Positions 11,659 through 27,124 of a stretch of DNA of 64,000 bases are shown here, one piece after another; position 1 is the stretch's first letter; each line of letters opens with the position of its first letter. A model generated the notes under the pieces. It was not told the DNA's origin and ran no database searches. It saw only the letters and a list, made by a program, of their open reading frames with translations. The DNA lies in assembly GCA_964016885.1 (NCBI GenBank), contig OZ024740.1:259284001-259348000 (forward strand), given 5' to 3'. This DNA comes from Eledone cirrhosa. Its lineage: Eukaryota. The position numbers and the translations under genes were made by a program.

Positions 11659-13210
11659 CTTCCCTAAAACTCAAATGTAGGTGCTACAGAAATATTACCT
11701 TCCCCTTCCTTTCTCCACTTTGGTACTACCAAGAGAAACACTGTCGCTATAGAAACAATACCTTCCCCTCTCCACTGACTTTGGTCACTGAGGCCGAGGG
11801 AATCGCTGGTTGCTATAGAAACACCTTGCACAAGCCATAAGTAACCAGTTCGAGGCGGTTCTGACTTGACACCATGCCAAGGACCATTTGAAGATATATT
11901 TCCATCGTTATATCATAACGTTTATGTATCATAACGTTTATATTTCCGTCACTAATCTCTTTTTCTCCTTTTTCGTTTTAACATATATTTATTTCAAAGA
12001 TTTCACCGTATAGATAACATATATATTTATACATGCATAAACGACACACCGAGAGACGGTGAACGTGTGGTGCCGAAAACATTTCTCATCCAAATCTCAA
12101 CAATATCAGTATATACACTAGATTTGCTAGCAGAAAACCGCCCACAGGGTTGTTTTCTGCTAGTCTATATATATAAAACTGAGGATGTCTGTCTGTGTGT
12201 GAGTTTGAATCCCTAAAACTAGAGAAGCACCCAACCGACTGTTTTCAAATTTTACACATGTAATACTTACGTTCCAGGGAGTGTTCTGAGCAAAAGAGAT
12301 TTCAAATTTTCAATGCCCTAGAGACCGCATCAGGCGATTTAACGATTTCTCTCTATAATTCTTAGTCTTTCTCTTTTTAGATAGATACATACATATAGCG
12401 TCGCGCCCTTATAATATCTGTCTGTATGTCTGACTGTCTGCATTACGTCACTTCCTACAATTCGCTCTTCCTCCAGAACACGCCCTTATAATATCTGTCT
12501 GTATGTCTGATGTCTGCATCGCACTCGGCGCGTCAATGTATGGCTGTTAAACGGGCCGCGAAGGCATTCTGATTCATTCTAAAGGCTACTAGTGGGAGCA
12601 ACCATAACACCCTCCAAATATCAGAGAACGCAGTCAAAGTCACTATTAAGGGCTACAAGTGAACGTTCACATGGCCCTTTTTAGGGCCACCACTTGAAAT
12701 TGTTGATGGTTACCCCTCTTTACTGGAGTGTCAGTGAACGGCTTACAAGGCTCTTTTAAGGGCCCTTGAAATAACTGATGGCGACCCTTTCGTTTAGGGC
12801 TCCCAGTGAACACGCACACGCCTCGGGGCCCATTTTATTGCACCATTCCTCTCTAAATTTGTTAAATTATACCCACAGTTTGGTAAACGTTTGTCCAGTA
12901 GCGTTTACTTACTAAGATGCGGTGGACTCCTTCGAGAAGGCTCCACATGCTGTCCGATTACACGTCATGCCTTGCTTAAGCATTGCAGACTTCCCTCTGA
13001 CATAAGTGGTGACATCTGTCCTGCTGACTCATGCCACTTTAAGCCGATTTTCTCCACGTGGAAGGAGAAGCATACATAATACTAATTGCATCAGAGCATT
13101 CGGTTTATTTTCTTTACATATTGTCCAGGAATGCAGTTTTTCCACGATTAGGTCTGTTCGCGGCCCGCGTTCCAAAATACCTTATCCCGTGCAACGCCGG
13201 GTACCATAAT
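10152..13210 (+). mobile_element. Head-to-tail cluster of non-autonomous Helitron-like elements
   Basis: 5' TC...TATATATAA...TGTCTGTC starts at 10152, 10810 and 12164. TTTTCTGCTAG ends at 10809 and 12163, each followed directly by the next TC start. Terminal hairpin CCCGTGCAACGCCGGG at ~13187. Internal duplication of 10310-10505 at 11680-11876. Confidence 0.65.
11112..11305 (+). mobile_element. SINE family A copy
   Basis: GGCGGTGGATTGGCAGAATC...GAGTTCAAATACCGCCGAGGTTAACTTTGCCTTTCATCC...CCAAAAGTAGAAACAATTA. Confidence 0.85.
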
Positions 13211-13681
13211 ATGAATGCAAATAACAGCAGAACTAAAGCTTCCCTGTCATTATTCGATAGCACTTTCTAGATATACATAAGTTTCACACTTTCAACCGAC
13301 AAAATACCAAAATGTGTATGCATGAATACATACATACAAACATACATACATACATACATACATACATACATACATACATACATACATACATACATACATA
13401 CATACATACATACATACATACATACATACATACATACATACGTTTTTATTTATGTGTGTATCTGGGTCTCTGTGTATATAAAGTCAACAAGTATAAACAA
13501 CACTGGTGATATTACAATACAATGAAGATACACAATTGTTTTACATTTTATATAGCAAGAAAAGGATATAAATGTTTCGGGCGTTAGTCTTTTATTGGAA
13601 AGAGGGAGAAGTAGAAATAGAAAGATACACTAGAGTAAGAAAGGAAAACGGGAAAATTATACATACATATATGTTATATAG

Positions 13682-13841
<160 letters not shown>

Positions 13842-13874
13842 CTGTGTGTATACGTGAATGTGCAAATATATGCT

Positions 13875-15537
<1,663 letters not shown>

Positions 15538-15836
15538 TCAATATAATTTAAAAATTTAAAAATTTAAAAAAATTTCAAAAAAAATTTAAAAAATTTTTTA
15601 AATTCAAAAATTTAAAAGATTTAAAAAACCCAAGGATTCTACAGATATCCTTATATTTAGTATAGAAATTTATCCTACGTATATTTTATTTAAGATATTG
15701 TAAGTATAGATATTTTAAAGTAGTTTATTATATCTATGTTTATATTTAGGAAGAAAGTTTAAAAAGAAAAAGGTGAAGGAATCTAATGATTTATCGACAG
15801 GTTTTATATATTAACTAAATTACTTAATTAATTTTA

Positions 15837-18044
15837 CTACATTTTAAATTTATATTTATATTTAAACGTTGAGTTCAATCTATGTCTGCAGCAACTGAAT
15901 AAATTGTTCCTTAAATTAAGGGAATTTTTGGACTTTAATATAAAGAATATTTCTTCAATACAAAGATCACAATTTTCTGAAGAGGAATTAATATTCCACG
16001 TCATCGAATATTTAACATTATCTCGTTTTAGGTCCCATAGTAGGCTAGATAGCGAAGTTGAAGATTTTTTGTTTGGATCTGTGAAAGAATTTTTATGATT
16101 ATTGAAGCGAAATTTAAATTCAGTAGAGGTAGAACCAACATAGTTAAATGAATTTAAATTAGTTTTAACATTACAATTGTACACTACATTTTTAGCTAAG
16201 CAGTTGTTATTTAACGGACAGTTAGATTTATTTCTACAGTTACAGTTATTCAATTGAATATTGCTTGGGTTATTATTGGTATTTTGGTTAGGTTTTAAAT
16301 TTCTATTATTAATTCTATTAATATTTTGTGCTAAATTTTTGGTGGACGAGTAAGTTAATTTTATAGTGTGTCTATTAAAAATTGAGTAATATTTATGTAT
16401 TCTAGGGAAGCGTTTGTCAAGAGCTTTAAAGAATAGTTTAGCAATAGGGGTTTTAATATTTAGTGAGAAAGGGGGAGCAAACCATAATATGTTTCTAGTT
16501 CTATTTCTTTTTCGGCTTTTGGAATTATTGTAATGTTTTCTATTATAGTTGCTAAAGTTGTTACCATAATTAAAATTGTTATTATTTTGGTTAGTTTGCT
16601 TATTATTATTATTATCAATGTATTTAATTTCATTTCTATATCCAGCTCTACCTAACGCTTCGTTGTAATACTGCGCTTTTTCATCAAATATATTTTTATT
16701 AGATGAAATTCTTGAAATTATTTCTTGAACAGAGTTCACTATAGTATTTTTAACAGATCTGGGGTGGTTAGAGTTAAAATTAACATAATTCAAGTTCTCA
16801 TTTAGTTTGTGAAATGGATAATGAAGACATGTGTTGAGATTTAGTGTTACGTCAAGAAAATTGACTATTTTATGGTTATTCTCTATTTCTACTTTTAGAT
16901 TAAGGTAATAAAAAAATTGTATAATTTGTTTTCTTTTCCTATTTAGTTCACAGCTATTATTTTGTATAAGTAAAAGCATGTCATCACGATATAAGCCTCC
17001 GGTTACACCTGGTATTTTTCTATGTAGCGAATTAATTATAAATAGGCCCACAAGGTCCGTTACCTGAGCTGAGTCTGATGATCCCATAGTTATGTCGGAA
17101 TTATTATTTCTATCTGCCCTAGTCCAGAGTTGGTTATTAAATTCTATCAATGTTTTCCTTGCCGATAATATAATGTGCATTTCATTGCTAGTTAGGTCTG
17201 TATGTTTAAATGCGTAATTTAGTTCCTTATTCAGTAGATTAGGAGTGATAGATGAATAGTAGTTAGCAATATCCAGCTGAATAAACTTATTATTATAGTT
17301 ATATTTAATTTCTTTAAACCAATCGATAACCTCACTAGTCCCTTTCCATAATTTTAAGTAAGATAAATTAGGTAAGTTTTTAATTTGTTGCATTACCCTG
17401 TCTAGAATATTTTTGCTAAGTTTGCCCAGGTCAGATTTAGATGGTGCAATTAATCTGACTGGTAAATCATTTTCAAAGTTTGTTTTGTGATCCTTCATAT
17501 TGATCTTAGGTTTCCTAGGCATGAAGGGTTGTGTTTTATTCTCAATGTCTAATTCATGCATTATACACGATGCATCTGTATTCAGTTTTTCAAGTTCGTC
17601 CTTATTTGGTACCTTGTACTTTTTCCTTAGTTCTTTCAATACAAGGTCGTTATACATATCCTTTTGTATTCCATAAAGATTATTAGTTTTGTCCGACTTC
17701 ACTAGAATTTTCTCTGTTTTCTCCAAGTTTTCAATATTATCCTTAATACTCCTTAGGTAATCCTGGCCTTTGAAGTTTTTTTTTAATTTGATGCCTTGGA
17801 TGATAGATACGATATCATTTTCAAAATCCATTAGTAGTTTGTTGGGAGGTGGATTTTTTTTAGATTTGAAAATTTTATCCAGATTTGAAACATTTTCATT
17901 TAGATTAGATTTATCAAAGTGGAAAGCACGCCACCTGATTCTTCTTATAAAAGGGTCTGATTTTTCTATTAATTGTTTAATAAAATCTTTGTTCCTAGGT
18001 AGAGGTATGTCTTTTAGAGAAGAAGAGATCTTAAAGAATTCCAT
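15837..18044 (-). CDS. Penelope-like reverse transcriptase + C-terminal GIY-YIG endonuclease (Hydra-like), 735 aa
   Basis: Uninterrupted ORF. RT motifs MKDHK/PVRLI, FIQLDIANYYSSI, TMGS, GLYRDD, FLDVTL, SNHP. Linker CNCRNKSNCPL (CxCx5C). Endonuclease VVY...YVG...FKFRFNNH, CDLC..E, LN, CRH. Confidence 0.92.
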   Translation of the reverse strand: MEFFKISSSLKDIPLPRNKDFIKQLIEKSDPFIRRIRWRAFHFDKSNLNENVSNLDKIFKSKKNPPPNKLLMDFENDIVSIIQGIKLKKNFKGQDYLRSIKDNIENLEKTEKILVKSDKTNNLYGIQKDMYNDLVLKELRKKYKVPNKDELEKLNTDASCIMHELDIENKTQPFMPRKPKINMKDHKTNFENDLPVRLIAPSKSDLGKLSKNILDRVMQQIKNLPNLSYLKLWKGTSEVIDWFKEIKYNYNNKFIQLDIANYYSSITPNLLNKELNYAFKHTDLTSNEMHIILSARKTLIEFNNQLWTRADRNNNSDITMGSSDSAQVTDLVGLFIINSLHRKIPGVTGGLYRDDMLLLIQNNSCELNRKRKQIIQFFYYLNLKVEIENNHKIVNFLDVTLNLNTCLHYPFHKLNENLNYVNFNSNHPRSVKNTIVNSVQEIISRISSNKNIFDEKAQYYNEALGRAGYRNEIKYIDNNNNKQTNQNNNNFNYGNNFSNYNRKHYNNSKSRKRNRTRNILWFAPPFSLNIKTPIAKLFFKALDKRFPRIHKYYSIFNRHTIKLTYSSTKNLAQNINRINNRNLKPNQNTNNNPSNIQLNNCNCRNKSNCPLNNNCLAKNVVYNCNVKTNLNSFNYVGSTSTEFKFRFNNHKNSFTDPNKKSSTSLSSLLWDLKRDNVKYSMTWNINSSSENCDLCIEEIFFILKSKNSLNLRNNLFSCCRHRLNSTFKYKYKFKM

Positions 18045-18184
18045 TTTTTCAGTTATAATGTAAAGCGCTCAACAATACAGGAGCAGAATATATGCAAAAG
18101 TTCAATTTAAAATTGTTGAGATACAACAAGTAAATATTTTTATAACTGATATAAAGCACTCAACAAGTATTTGGAGTAGATATA

Positions 18185-18884
18185 CGATATTAATAAATGG
18201 AAACTATATTTATAAAACCATATTTATTTCATTATACATATTTCAGGGATACCAAATTAAATTATGGTATGCCTTCATCAGACAAAATACAATATATAAC
18301 AGTTTTACAAATAAGCTTTGACGTACCCTATTAAAATGCAACCATTGTTTTTGGACGCCATCCGGATAGTGATTTGTTTATATTACTTTAAAGTCATAGT
18401 GTTAAGGACAATTAGAAAAAGACGGAGAGAAAGAAAAAGACGTAGAGAAAGAAAAAAACGTGGAGAAATATCGGAGAGAGAGAGATGCATGGAGAAAAAA
18501 GAAAGAGATAAGTAAAGACAGGAGGAAAGTAAGAAGAAAAAAGGAAGAAATAAGAAAAACAGAGGAAAGCAACAGAGAGATATTAAGTCAACAGACAGAT
18601 AGAAAAACTCAAGAGAGAGAAATATTATATAGAGAGAGAGGGAGATTATGAAAACTTTACGTCATGTCATATTAAGTTGAGTTAACAATTCATATGAAAT
18701 GAATAATAAAAATATGAATATTAATATTCATGAATGGGACATAAATATATAATATGAGAAATTAAACATTGTTTAATAATGACTATATGTTTAGTTTAAA
18801 CCTTGAGATCAATATACCAAAATTTGGGTTTAATCTCCAAAATGTACACATTGCTAGAGAATTCAGTATCTCAGGCAAAGACAC

Positions 18885-18954
<70 letters not shown>

Positions 18955-19721
18955 GCACGTCCTGAAAATAGAAATTATATTTACTCAAGTCAACAATATA
19001 GACATATAAAACGCAGACGATTTCTCTTAATCACTGCTATACATTCTTTGTGTTATAAAAAGTTCACAGTATATATACATAAATATATACGATTAACATT
19101 CATGTCTTCATATATATGATTACCATTCATGCATTTAACATTTTGTTAAAATTATGCATATCTGCAATCCAAACTGCGTGGTTATGCAACATAACTCTTA
19201 CCCACACATATACATACACACACACATATACATATACACCTATATATGTATAAAAAAATATCTGCGTGCGTCTTCACGCATCACTCATGTATACATACAG
19301 ACATATATACAATCATAAAAAACCTATAACACTTTTATATGCATGTTAATACACACATAGACATTTGTATAGAGATAATCAAATATCAATATATTACTAA
19401 GGATTATACTTTGGAAATATAATTATACCAATATAAATTTAAAATACCAAAGGATTATATTTTGGAAATACAACTATATCAATATAGTCAAAAGGACAAA
19501 CGAATTCTAGAAATGTCAAAGCATTAAATATCTTTAAAACACTATAGAGTATCTTAAGTTAAAATAATATGTTTCATATATTTAGTATAGAAAATTATCC
19601 TACTTAATCAAGATATTGAAAGGGTAGACTTATGAGAATTATGAGAAGCTATCAGAATCAAAGCAAAACTAATAAAAATAAATAAAAATAAAAATAAAAT
19701 AAAAGTGAAATAAATATTATA
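18185..19721 (-). repeat. 5' pseudo-LTR
   Basis: Direct repeat of 13951-15537. Confidence 0.9.
18225..18289 (-). ncRNA. Type I hammerhead ribozyme in the 5' pLTR, ~190 nt upstream of the ATG
   Basis: Identical to the motif at 13991-14055; predicted cut between 18233 and 18232. Confidence 0.85.
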
Positions 19722-20899
19722 CCAAAAATTCCCTTAATTTAAGGAACAATTTATTCAGTTGCCGCAGACATAGATTGAACTCAACGTTTAAATATAAATA
19801 TAAATTTAAAATGTAGTATAATTAATTAAGTAATTTAGTTAATATATAAAACCTGTCGATAAATCATTAGATTCCTTCACCTTTTCTTTTTAAACTTTCT
19901 TCCTAAATATAAACATAGATATAATAAACTACTTTAAAATGTCTATACTTACAATATCTTAAATAAAATATACGTAGGATAAATTTCTATACTAAATATA
20001 AGGATATCTGTAGAATCCTTGGGTTTTTTAAATCTTTTATATTTTTGACTTTTAAAAATTTTTTTAATTATTTTTGAAATTTTTTGAAATTTTTAAATTT
20101 TTAAATTTTTAAATTTTTAAATTTTTAAATTATATTGATATAATATTTATTTAACTTTTATTTTATTTTTATTTTTATTTATTTTTATTAGTTTTGCTTT
20201 GATTCTGATAGCTTCTCATAATTCTCATAAGTCTACCCTTTCAATATCTTGATTAAGTAGGATAATTTTCTATACTAAATATATGAAACATATTATTTTA
20301 ACTTAAGATACTCTATAGTGTTTTAAAGATATTTAATGCTTTGACATTTCTAGAATTCGTTTGTCCTTTTGACTATATTGATATAGTTGTATTTCCAAAA
20401 TATAATCCTTTGGTATTTTAAATTTATATTGGTATAATTATATTTCCAAAGTATAATCCTTAGTAATATATTGATATTTGATTATCTCTATACAAATGTC
20501 TATGTATGTATTAACATGCATATAAAAGTGTTATAGGTTTTTTTATGATTGTATATATGTCTGTATGTATACATGAGTGATGCGTGAAGACGCACGCAGA
20601 TATTTATTTATACATATATAGGTGTATATGTATATGTGTATGTATATGTGTGGGTAAGAGTTATGTTGCATAACCACGCAGTTTGGATTGCAGATATGCA
20701 TAATTTTAACAAAATGTTAAATGCGTGAATGGTAATCATATATATGAAGACATGAATGTTAATCGTATATATTTATGTATATTACTGTGAACTTTTTATA
20801 ACACAAGGAATGTATAGCAGTGATTAAGAGAAATCGTCTGCGTTTTATATGTCTATATTGTTGACTTGAGTAAATATAATTTCTATTTTCAGGACGTGC

Positions 20900-20939
<40 letters not shown>

Positions 20940-21730
20940 GTGTCTTTGCCTGAGATACTGAATTCTCTAGCAATGTGTACATTTTGGAGATTAAACCCAA
21001 ATTTTGGTATATTGATCTCAAGGTTTAAACTAAACATATAGTCATTATTAAACAATGTTTAATTTCTCATATTATATATTTATGTCCCATTCATGAATAT
21101 TAATATTCATATTTTTATTATTCATTTCATATGAATTGTTAACTCAACTTAATATGACATGACGTAAAGTTTTCATAATCTCCCTCTCTCTATATATAAT
21201 ATTTCTCTCTCTTGAGTTTTTCTATCTGTCTGTTGACTTAATATCTCTCTGTTGCTTTCCTCTGTTTTTCTTATTTCTTCCTTTTTTCTTCTTACTTTCC
21301 TCCTGTCTTTACTTATCTCTTTCTTTTTTTCTCCATGCATCTCTCTCTCTCCGATATTTCTCCACGTTTTTTTCTTTCTCTCCGTCTTTTTCTTTCTCTC
21401 CGTCTTTTTCTAATTGTCCTTAACACTATGACTTATTAAAGTAATATAAACAAATCACTATCCGGATGGCTTCCAAAAACAATGGTTGCATTTTAATAGG
21501 GTACGTCAAAGCTTATTTGCAAAACTGTTATATATAGTATTTTGTCTGATGAAGGCATACCATAATTTAATTTGGTATCCCTGAAATATGTATAATGAAA
21601 TAAATATGGTTTTATAAATATAGTTTCCATTTATTAATATCGTATATCTACTCCAAATACTTGTTGAGTGCTTTATATCAGTTATAAAAATATTTACTTG
21701 TATCCCAACAATTTTAAATTGAACTTTTGC

Positions 21731-21731
<1 letters not shown>
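19722..21731 (+). repeat. Inverted 5'-truncated copy (ORF end + 3' UTR + pLTR + tail)
   Basis: Starts CCAAAAATTCCCTTAATTT, the reverse complement of 15913-15931. Ends GAACTTTTGCATATAT and runs into (TA)n. Confidence 0.92.
21538..21602 (+). ncRNA. Type I hammerhead ribozyme in the inverted pLTR
   Basis: TATTTTGT CTGATGA AGGCATACCA TAATTTAATT TGGTATCCCT GAAA TATGTA TA ATGAAATA. Confidence 0.85.
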
Positions 21732-21761
<30 letters not shown>

Positions 21762-21785
21762 AGTATATTTCGTTTCATTTTTTCC

Positions 21786-21838
<53 letters not shown>

Positions 21839-22114
21839 CGATGAAATACCAATGAAGTTTGGAAGATCACTGATGAAGGACTAACCCATGTTCAACCACG
21901 CAGCACTCCATTTTTCTTATATTTATATTTTTTCCTCGGCTGCGATTGTCTGTTTCTTTCTTACTGCTTCCCCTCTCTCTGTATCTCTCACCTTCTTTTT
22001 AACCCCTCTGCCAGTCACACTCTCTCTCAGCTGGCCTCTTCCTCACACTTCCACTCACTCACTCTCTGCTTCTCCCCCTCTCTCCCTTCCTCCCGTTTGA
22101 CCTGTGTGAAATCC

Positions 22115-22314
22115 NNNNNNNNNNNNNNNNNNNNNNNNNNNNNNNNNNNNNNNNNNNNNNNNNNNNNNNNNNNNNNNNNNNNNNNNNNNNNNNNNNNNNN
22201 NNNNNNNNNNNNNNNNNNNNNNNNNNNNNNNNNNNNNNNNNNNNNNNNNNNNNNNNNNNNNNNNNNNNNNNNNNNNNNNNNNNNNNNNNNNNNNNNNNNN
22301 NNNNNNNNNNNNNN
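22115..22314. other. Assembly gap (200 N)
   Basis: Run of N. Confidence 1.
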
Positions 22315-22698
22315 AAGCTTTTATAGTGAGCAAAGGCACTGCACAAAGCCAGTCCCACTCTCTTAACCAAGATGATATTTACCAAAAAGAAGAACAAGTC
22401 AACATCATTGGATACCATCAGGGTTGCAGGTGTTATATCAGAGTTTTCCTTCTCCTAGAATTCTGCCTTGACAAAGGCTAAGGGGTCATCTCTCCCGGTG
22501 ATTTTGGATGGCCATTAACTCTTAAGAGCTCCTTTGCCCTTTGACAGGTTTTGTTTTTAGTCCTGCGGGATGTCCAAAGTCACCCTCCTCACCAAGAAAC
22601 CTTGGTGGGGTTGCCAGTTTAGTCGCCAACGACCCGACCATGAGACAGGTTGTACTGGGATACATTTTACCAGTAGCACCAACTGGTGACCTGACATA
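22315..22698 (-). mobile_element. Repeat family X (structured, non-coding; resembles an RTE-type 5' UTR)
   Basis: Near-identical to 52655-53028 and diverged from the copies at 28640-29098 and 53395-53785. The minus strand contains CTAGGAGAAGGAAAACTCTG. The strand assignment is an inference. Confidence 0.7.
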
Positions 22699-22700
22699 GC

Positions 22701-22810
<110 letters not shown>

Positions 22811-22889
22811 ACATCACGTTGTATAACTATCGTAAAACTCTTTTCGGATTATCTCCCTTTCCCTTCTGTCTCTCATTTCCGGTTGTTCC

Positions 22890-22963
<74 letters not shown>

Positions 22964-23448
22964 CTCTCTCTGCTACGATTGAGTCGGCACGTTCACACTG
23001 GCTTCTTGTTAGCGCATCCCTCCAGACTTATGTCTACCAGGTTTGCTATAACTTATTTATCTTAGTTTTCTTCAGTTACTCACTTGCATGTTCTATTGTT
23101 CTGTTCCCCCACGATAGGGTCTGTTCACCTACTTTTTCTATTTTTTATCTTTCTTCCTCTCTCCTCACCACATTTCCCCTTGTTCTTCTTCCTCTTTTCC
23201 TTCTTTTCCTTCTTTTTCCTTCCTTTTTCTCTTTTTTTCTCTTCTTTTCCTCCTGGCCTTTTGATTAAGAAAAGGCTGGTCGCTTATAGATGTCCTGTAA
23301 ATAAGCGCCGAAACATCTTAATCGCGGTTTACAGCTGACGAAGGATTCTTTTCTTCTTTTCTTTTTTTCTTTTCTTCTCTTGTTTCGTTCATACCACCAT
23401 CCTAAACTTTGTTTATAGTAACCACACAGCTCGTTTCGTTATCATCAT

Positions 23449-23490
<42 letters not shown>

Positions 23491-23574
23491 CCCGGGTTCA
23501 ATCGGGGGTAACCACAGTTAGTAAGGTATTCAATACATAGCAGAGTATCAATATTTAATATAGAAATGGCTTCT

Positions 23575-24270
<696 letters not shown>

Positions 24271-24272
<2 letters not shown>

Positions 24273-24868
24273 TAGCTGGATCATCCGGCTGGCGCCCGGC
24301 TACCATTGGCGTGTTCTACGGTATCCAGATATATATATATAGCTGACGTACCTAGCTTCGCTTGGATAAACAGATGATAAGCCGTCTGTGTAGTATAGTA
24401 TTACTGTTGAAAATATATAGTACGGTATTACTGTTAAAAATATATAGTACAGTATAGTATTACTGTTGAAAATATATAGTATAGTATTACTGTTGAAAAT
24501 ATGTACACGAATATATAATTATATATATATATATAATTAATTAAAAGTTGGTTAGAAGCGAAGTCAATGCAGACAGGCAGACATACAGACAGATATTATA
24601 AGGGCGCGACGTTATAGATATGTATCTATCTAAAAAGACAGAGTAAGAAAGAGAGAGGAATGTCGTATTATATATATTATATATAATAAAGTACCAGTAA
24701 TGTACTGTATTATTGGTGGCCTTGTGCCAAAAGTAGAAACAATTATACTTCTTTTTTATACAACAGTAAATAGCATGTTTATGTATATATATATATATAT
24801 ATATACGTATAAAAGAATGCTGTAATAAAATGTACAAATTAAACTGTCTCTTATTTAGGATACTAACA

Positions 24869-24908
<40 letters not shown>

Positions 24909-25280
24909 TATATATATATACACACACTATATACACATATACACACACAAACACACAGATAGCGAAGTCAATGTACAGAATGGTTTTAGTAATACAGACA
25001 TACAGACATACAGACAGATATTATAAGGGTGCGACGTTATAGCTATGTATCTATCTAAAAAGACAGACTAAGAAAGAGAGATCGCTAACCGGGAGTGTTG
25101 ACATTTGAAAATTTTAAATAAAATATCTTTAATCTTTTAAGTAAATTTAGTAGACAAAAATACCCTCACCCTCTTACTTGGAAAAAGTTACAACTATGGT
25201 GCAAATTTCGTGCTATTTGGTCCAGCCGCTTGGCGAAAAGTTTGTTACATACAAACGGCCGTCAGCTTTATAATATATAT
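24271..25280 (-). mobile_element. Non-autonomous Helitron-like element(s)
   Basis: A|CTAG plus GC hairpin at 24271-24302. The internal segment CAGACAGATATTATAAGGG.GCGAC is shared in reverse complement with 12390-12510. ~27-bp tandem repeats at 24390-24500. Confidence 0.5.
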
Positions 25281-25365
25281 ATTTGCTCTACGGTTCTTAT
25301 ATATTTGATATATATTTATCCTTATCGAGCCCTCTTTGGATTTTAGTCTTCAAATTTATTATTAT

Positions 25366-25408
<43 letters not shown>

Positions 25409-25409
25409 T

Positions 25410-25537
25410 TTTTCTGAAGACAGCATATATATGTGTAGGTATGTATACTCCCTCTGATAGTTTGTAAAAATTTTACATAGATCTATAGGATATGCATACC
25501 AACACTAACATATATATCCTAGAAACGATCGTAAAAT
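25410..25537 (+). ncRNA. Hammerhead ribozyme with ~100-nt stem II insertion
   Basis: TTT-CTGAAGA-cAGcATATATATGT...ACATATATATcCTa-GAAA-CGATCG-TA-AAA. Stem I is short. The 3' half recurs at 51090-51125. Confidence 0.65.
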
Positions 25538-26109
25538 GATGAATTTTTTAATATAAGGAACTGATTCTTTGTTTATTCATTATTTTATTAATTTATATAT
25601 ATATATATATATAAACAAGCAAATTATAAATGTAAACATGTAAGTATGTTTTTGAAACGGTGCACGAGTTTGAAATTAGAAATTAGAAATTATAAGCTTT
25701 CACCGTATTTTAGACTAAAGAAATGTCTAGCCTGATAGTGGGGTTTATAACCCTCGGAGAAATGGAAAAAGATGAGTGTTGCCGTACATGGGCATGAATA
25801 TATGTATACATACATGCATACATATATTCATATATTCAGAACAACAGATTTGAGTCTATATGCTTGCGTGAATGTGTATATGTATGTGTGAGTATTACAT
25901 ATATGTGAATGTACGTGAGTGTATATCCGTGTGTTTGTTTGCGTCTGTGTGTATGTGTGTGTGTGTACGCCTGCCTGTTTGTGTGTCTATCTACATGTGT
26001 GTGTCTGTGTGTATTTGTTCTTCATTATCAGGTATAAAACGTAGAGAACAATAATCATTTGAGTAATCATGTTTCCGTGGGTCAGAGAAGAGAAACTAGT
26101 GTGATGCAT

Positions 26110-26175
<66 letters not shown>

Positions 26176-26178
26176 ATA

Positions 26179-26347
<169 letters not shown>

Positions 26348-26726
26348 CATACGTATATACATACGCAGACACACAGGCGATGGCGATAATGGTGGTGGTG
26401 ATAGTAGTGGTGGTTTTTGGAAGACACTGATGTGTGTATCTGTGTGTGAGTTAAGGGGTGAGAGTGCTAATTACATTACTAACAATCGAAAAGATAGGAG
26501 CAGGTTCAAAGAGTTCGAATTTAATTTATGCTCTCATATTTTACTTATTTATACATATATTGTATTGTATACTATGGGTGGCATTTGTGTGTATTGTGCA
26601 TACATGAACATATATATGTGTGTGTGCGTGTGTGTGTGTGTCTGTGTCTGTGTGTGTGCGCATGTGTTTGTGTGCGTACGTGTGTGTGTGTGTGTATGTA
26701 TATGTATGTATATATTATATACATGC

Positions 26727-26760
<34 letters not shown>

Positions 26761-26960
26761 TATATAATATATATATATATATCGTATATATATATATATA
26801 TAATATATCGTATATATATATATATATAATATATCGTATATATATATATATATAATATATCGTATATATATATATATATAATATATCGTATATATATATA
26901 TATATATATAGTAATAATAATATTTAATATAGTAATAATAATATTTAATCTGTTATTTTA

Positions 26961-27015
<55 letters not shown>

Positions 27016-27124
27016 ACAAAAGTAGAAGAATATAATCAAATCTCCCAGGAGAGTAGAGACAGATATGTAAGATGTAATTGCCAGCCACAGAAAGAAGCAA
27101 TTGCTCAATATTTATTTCATACAA

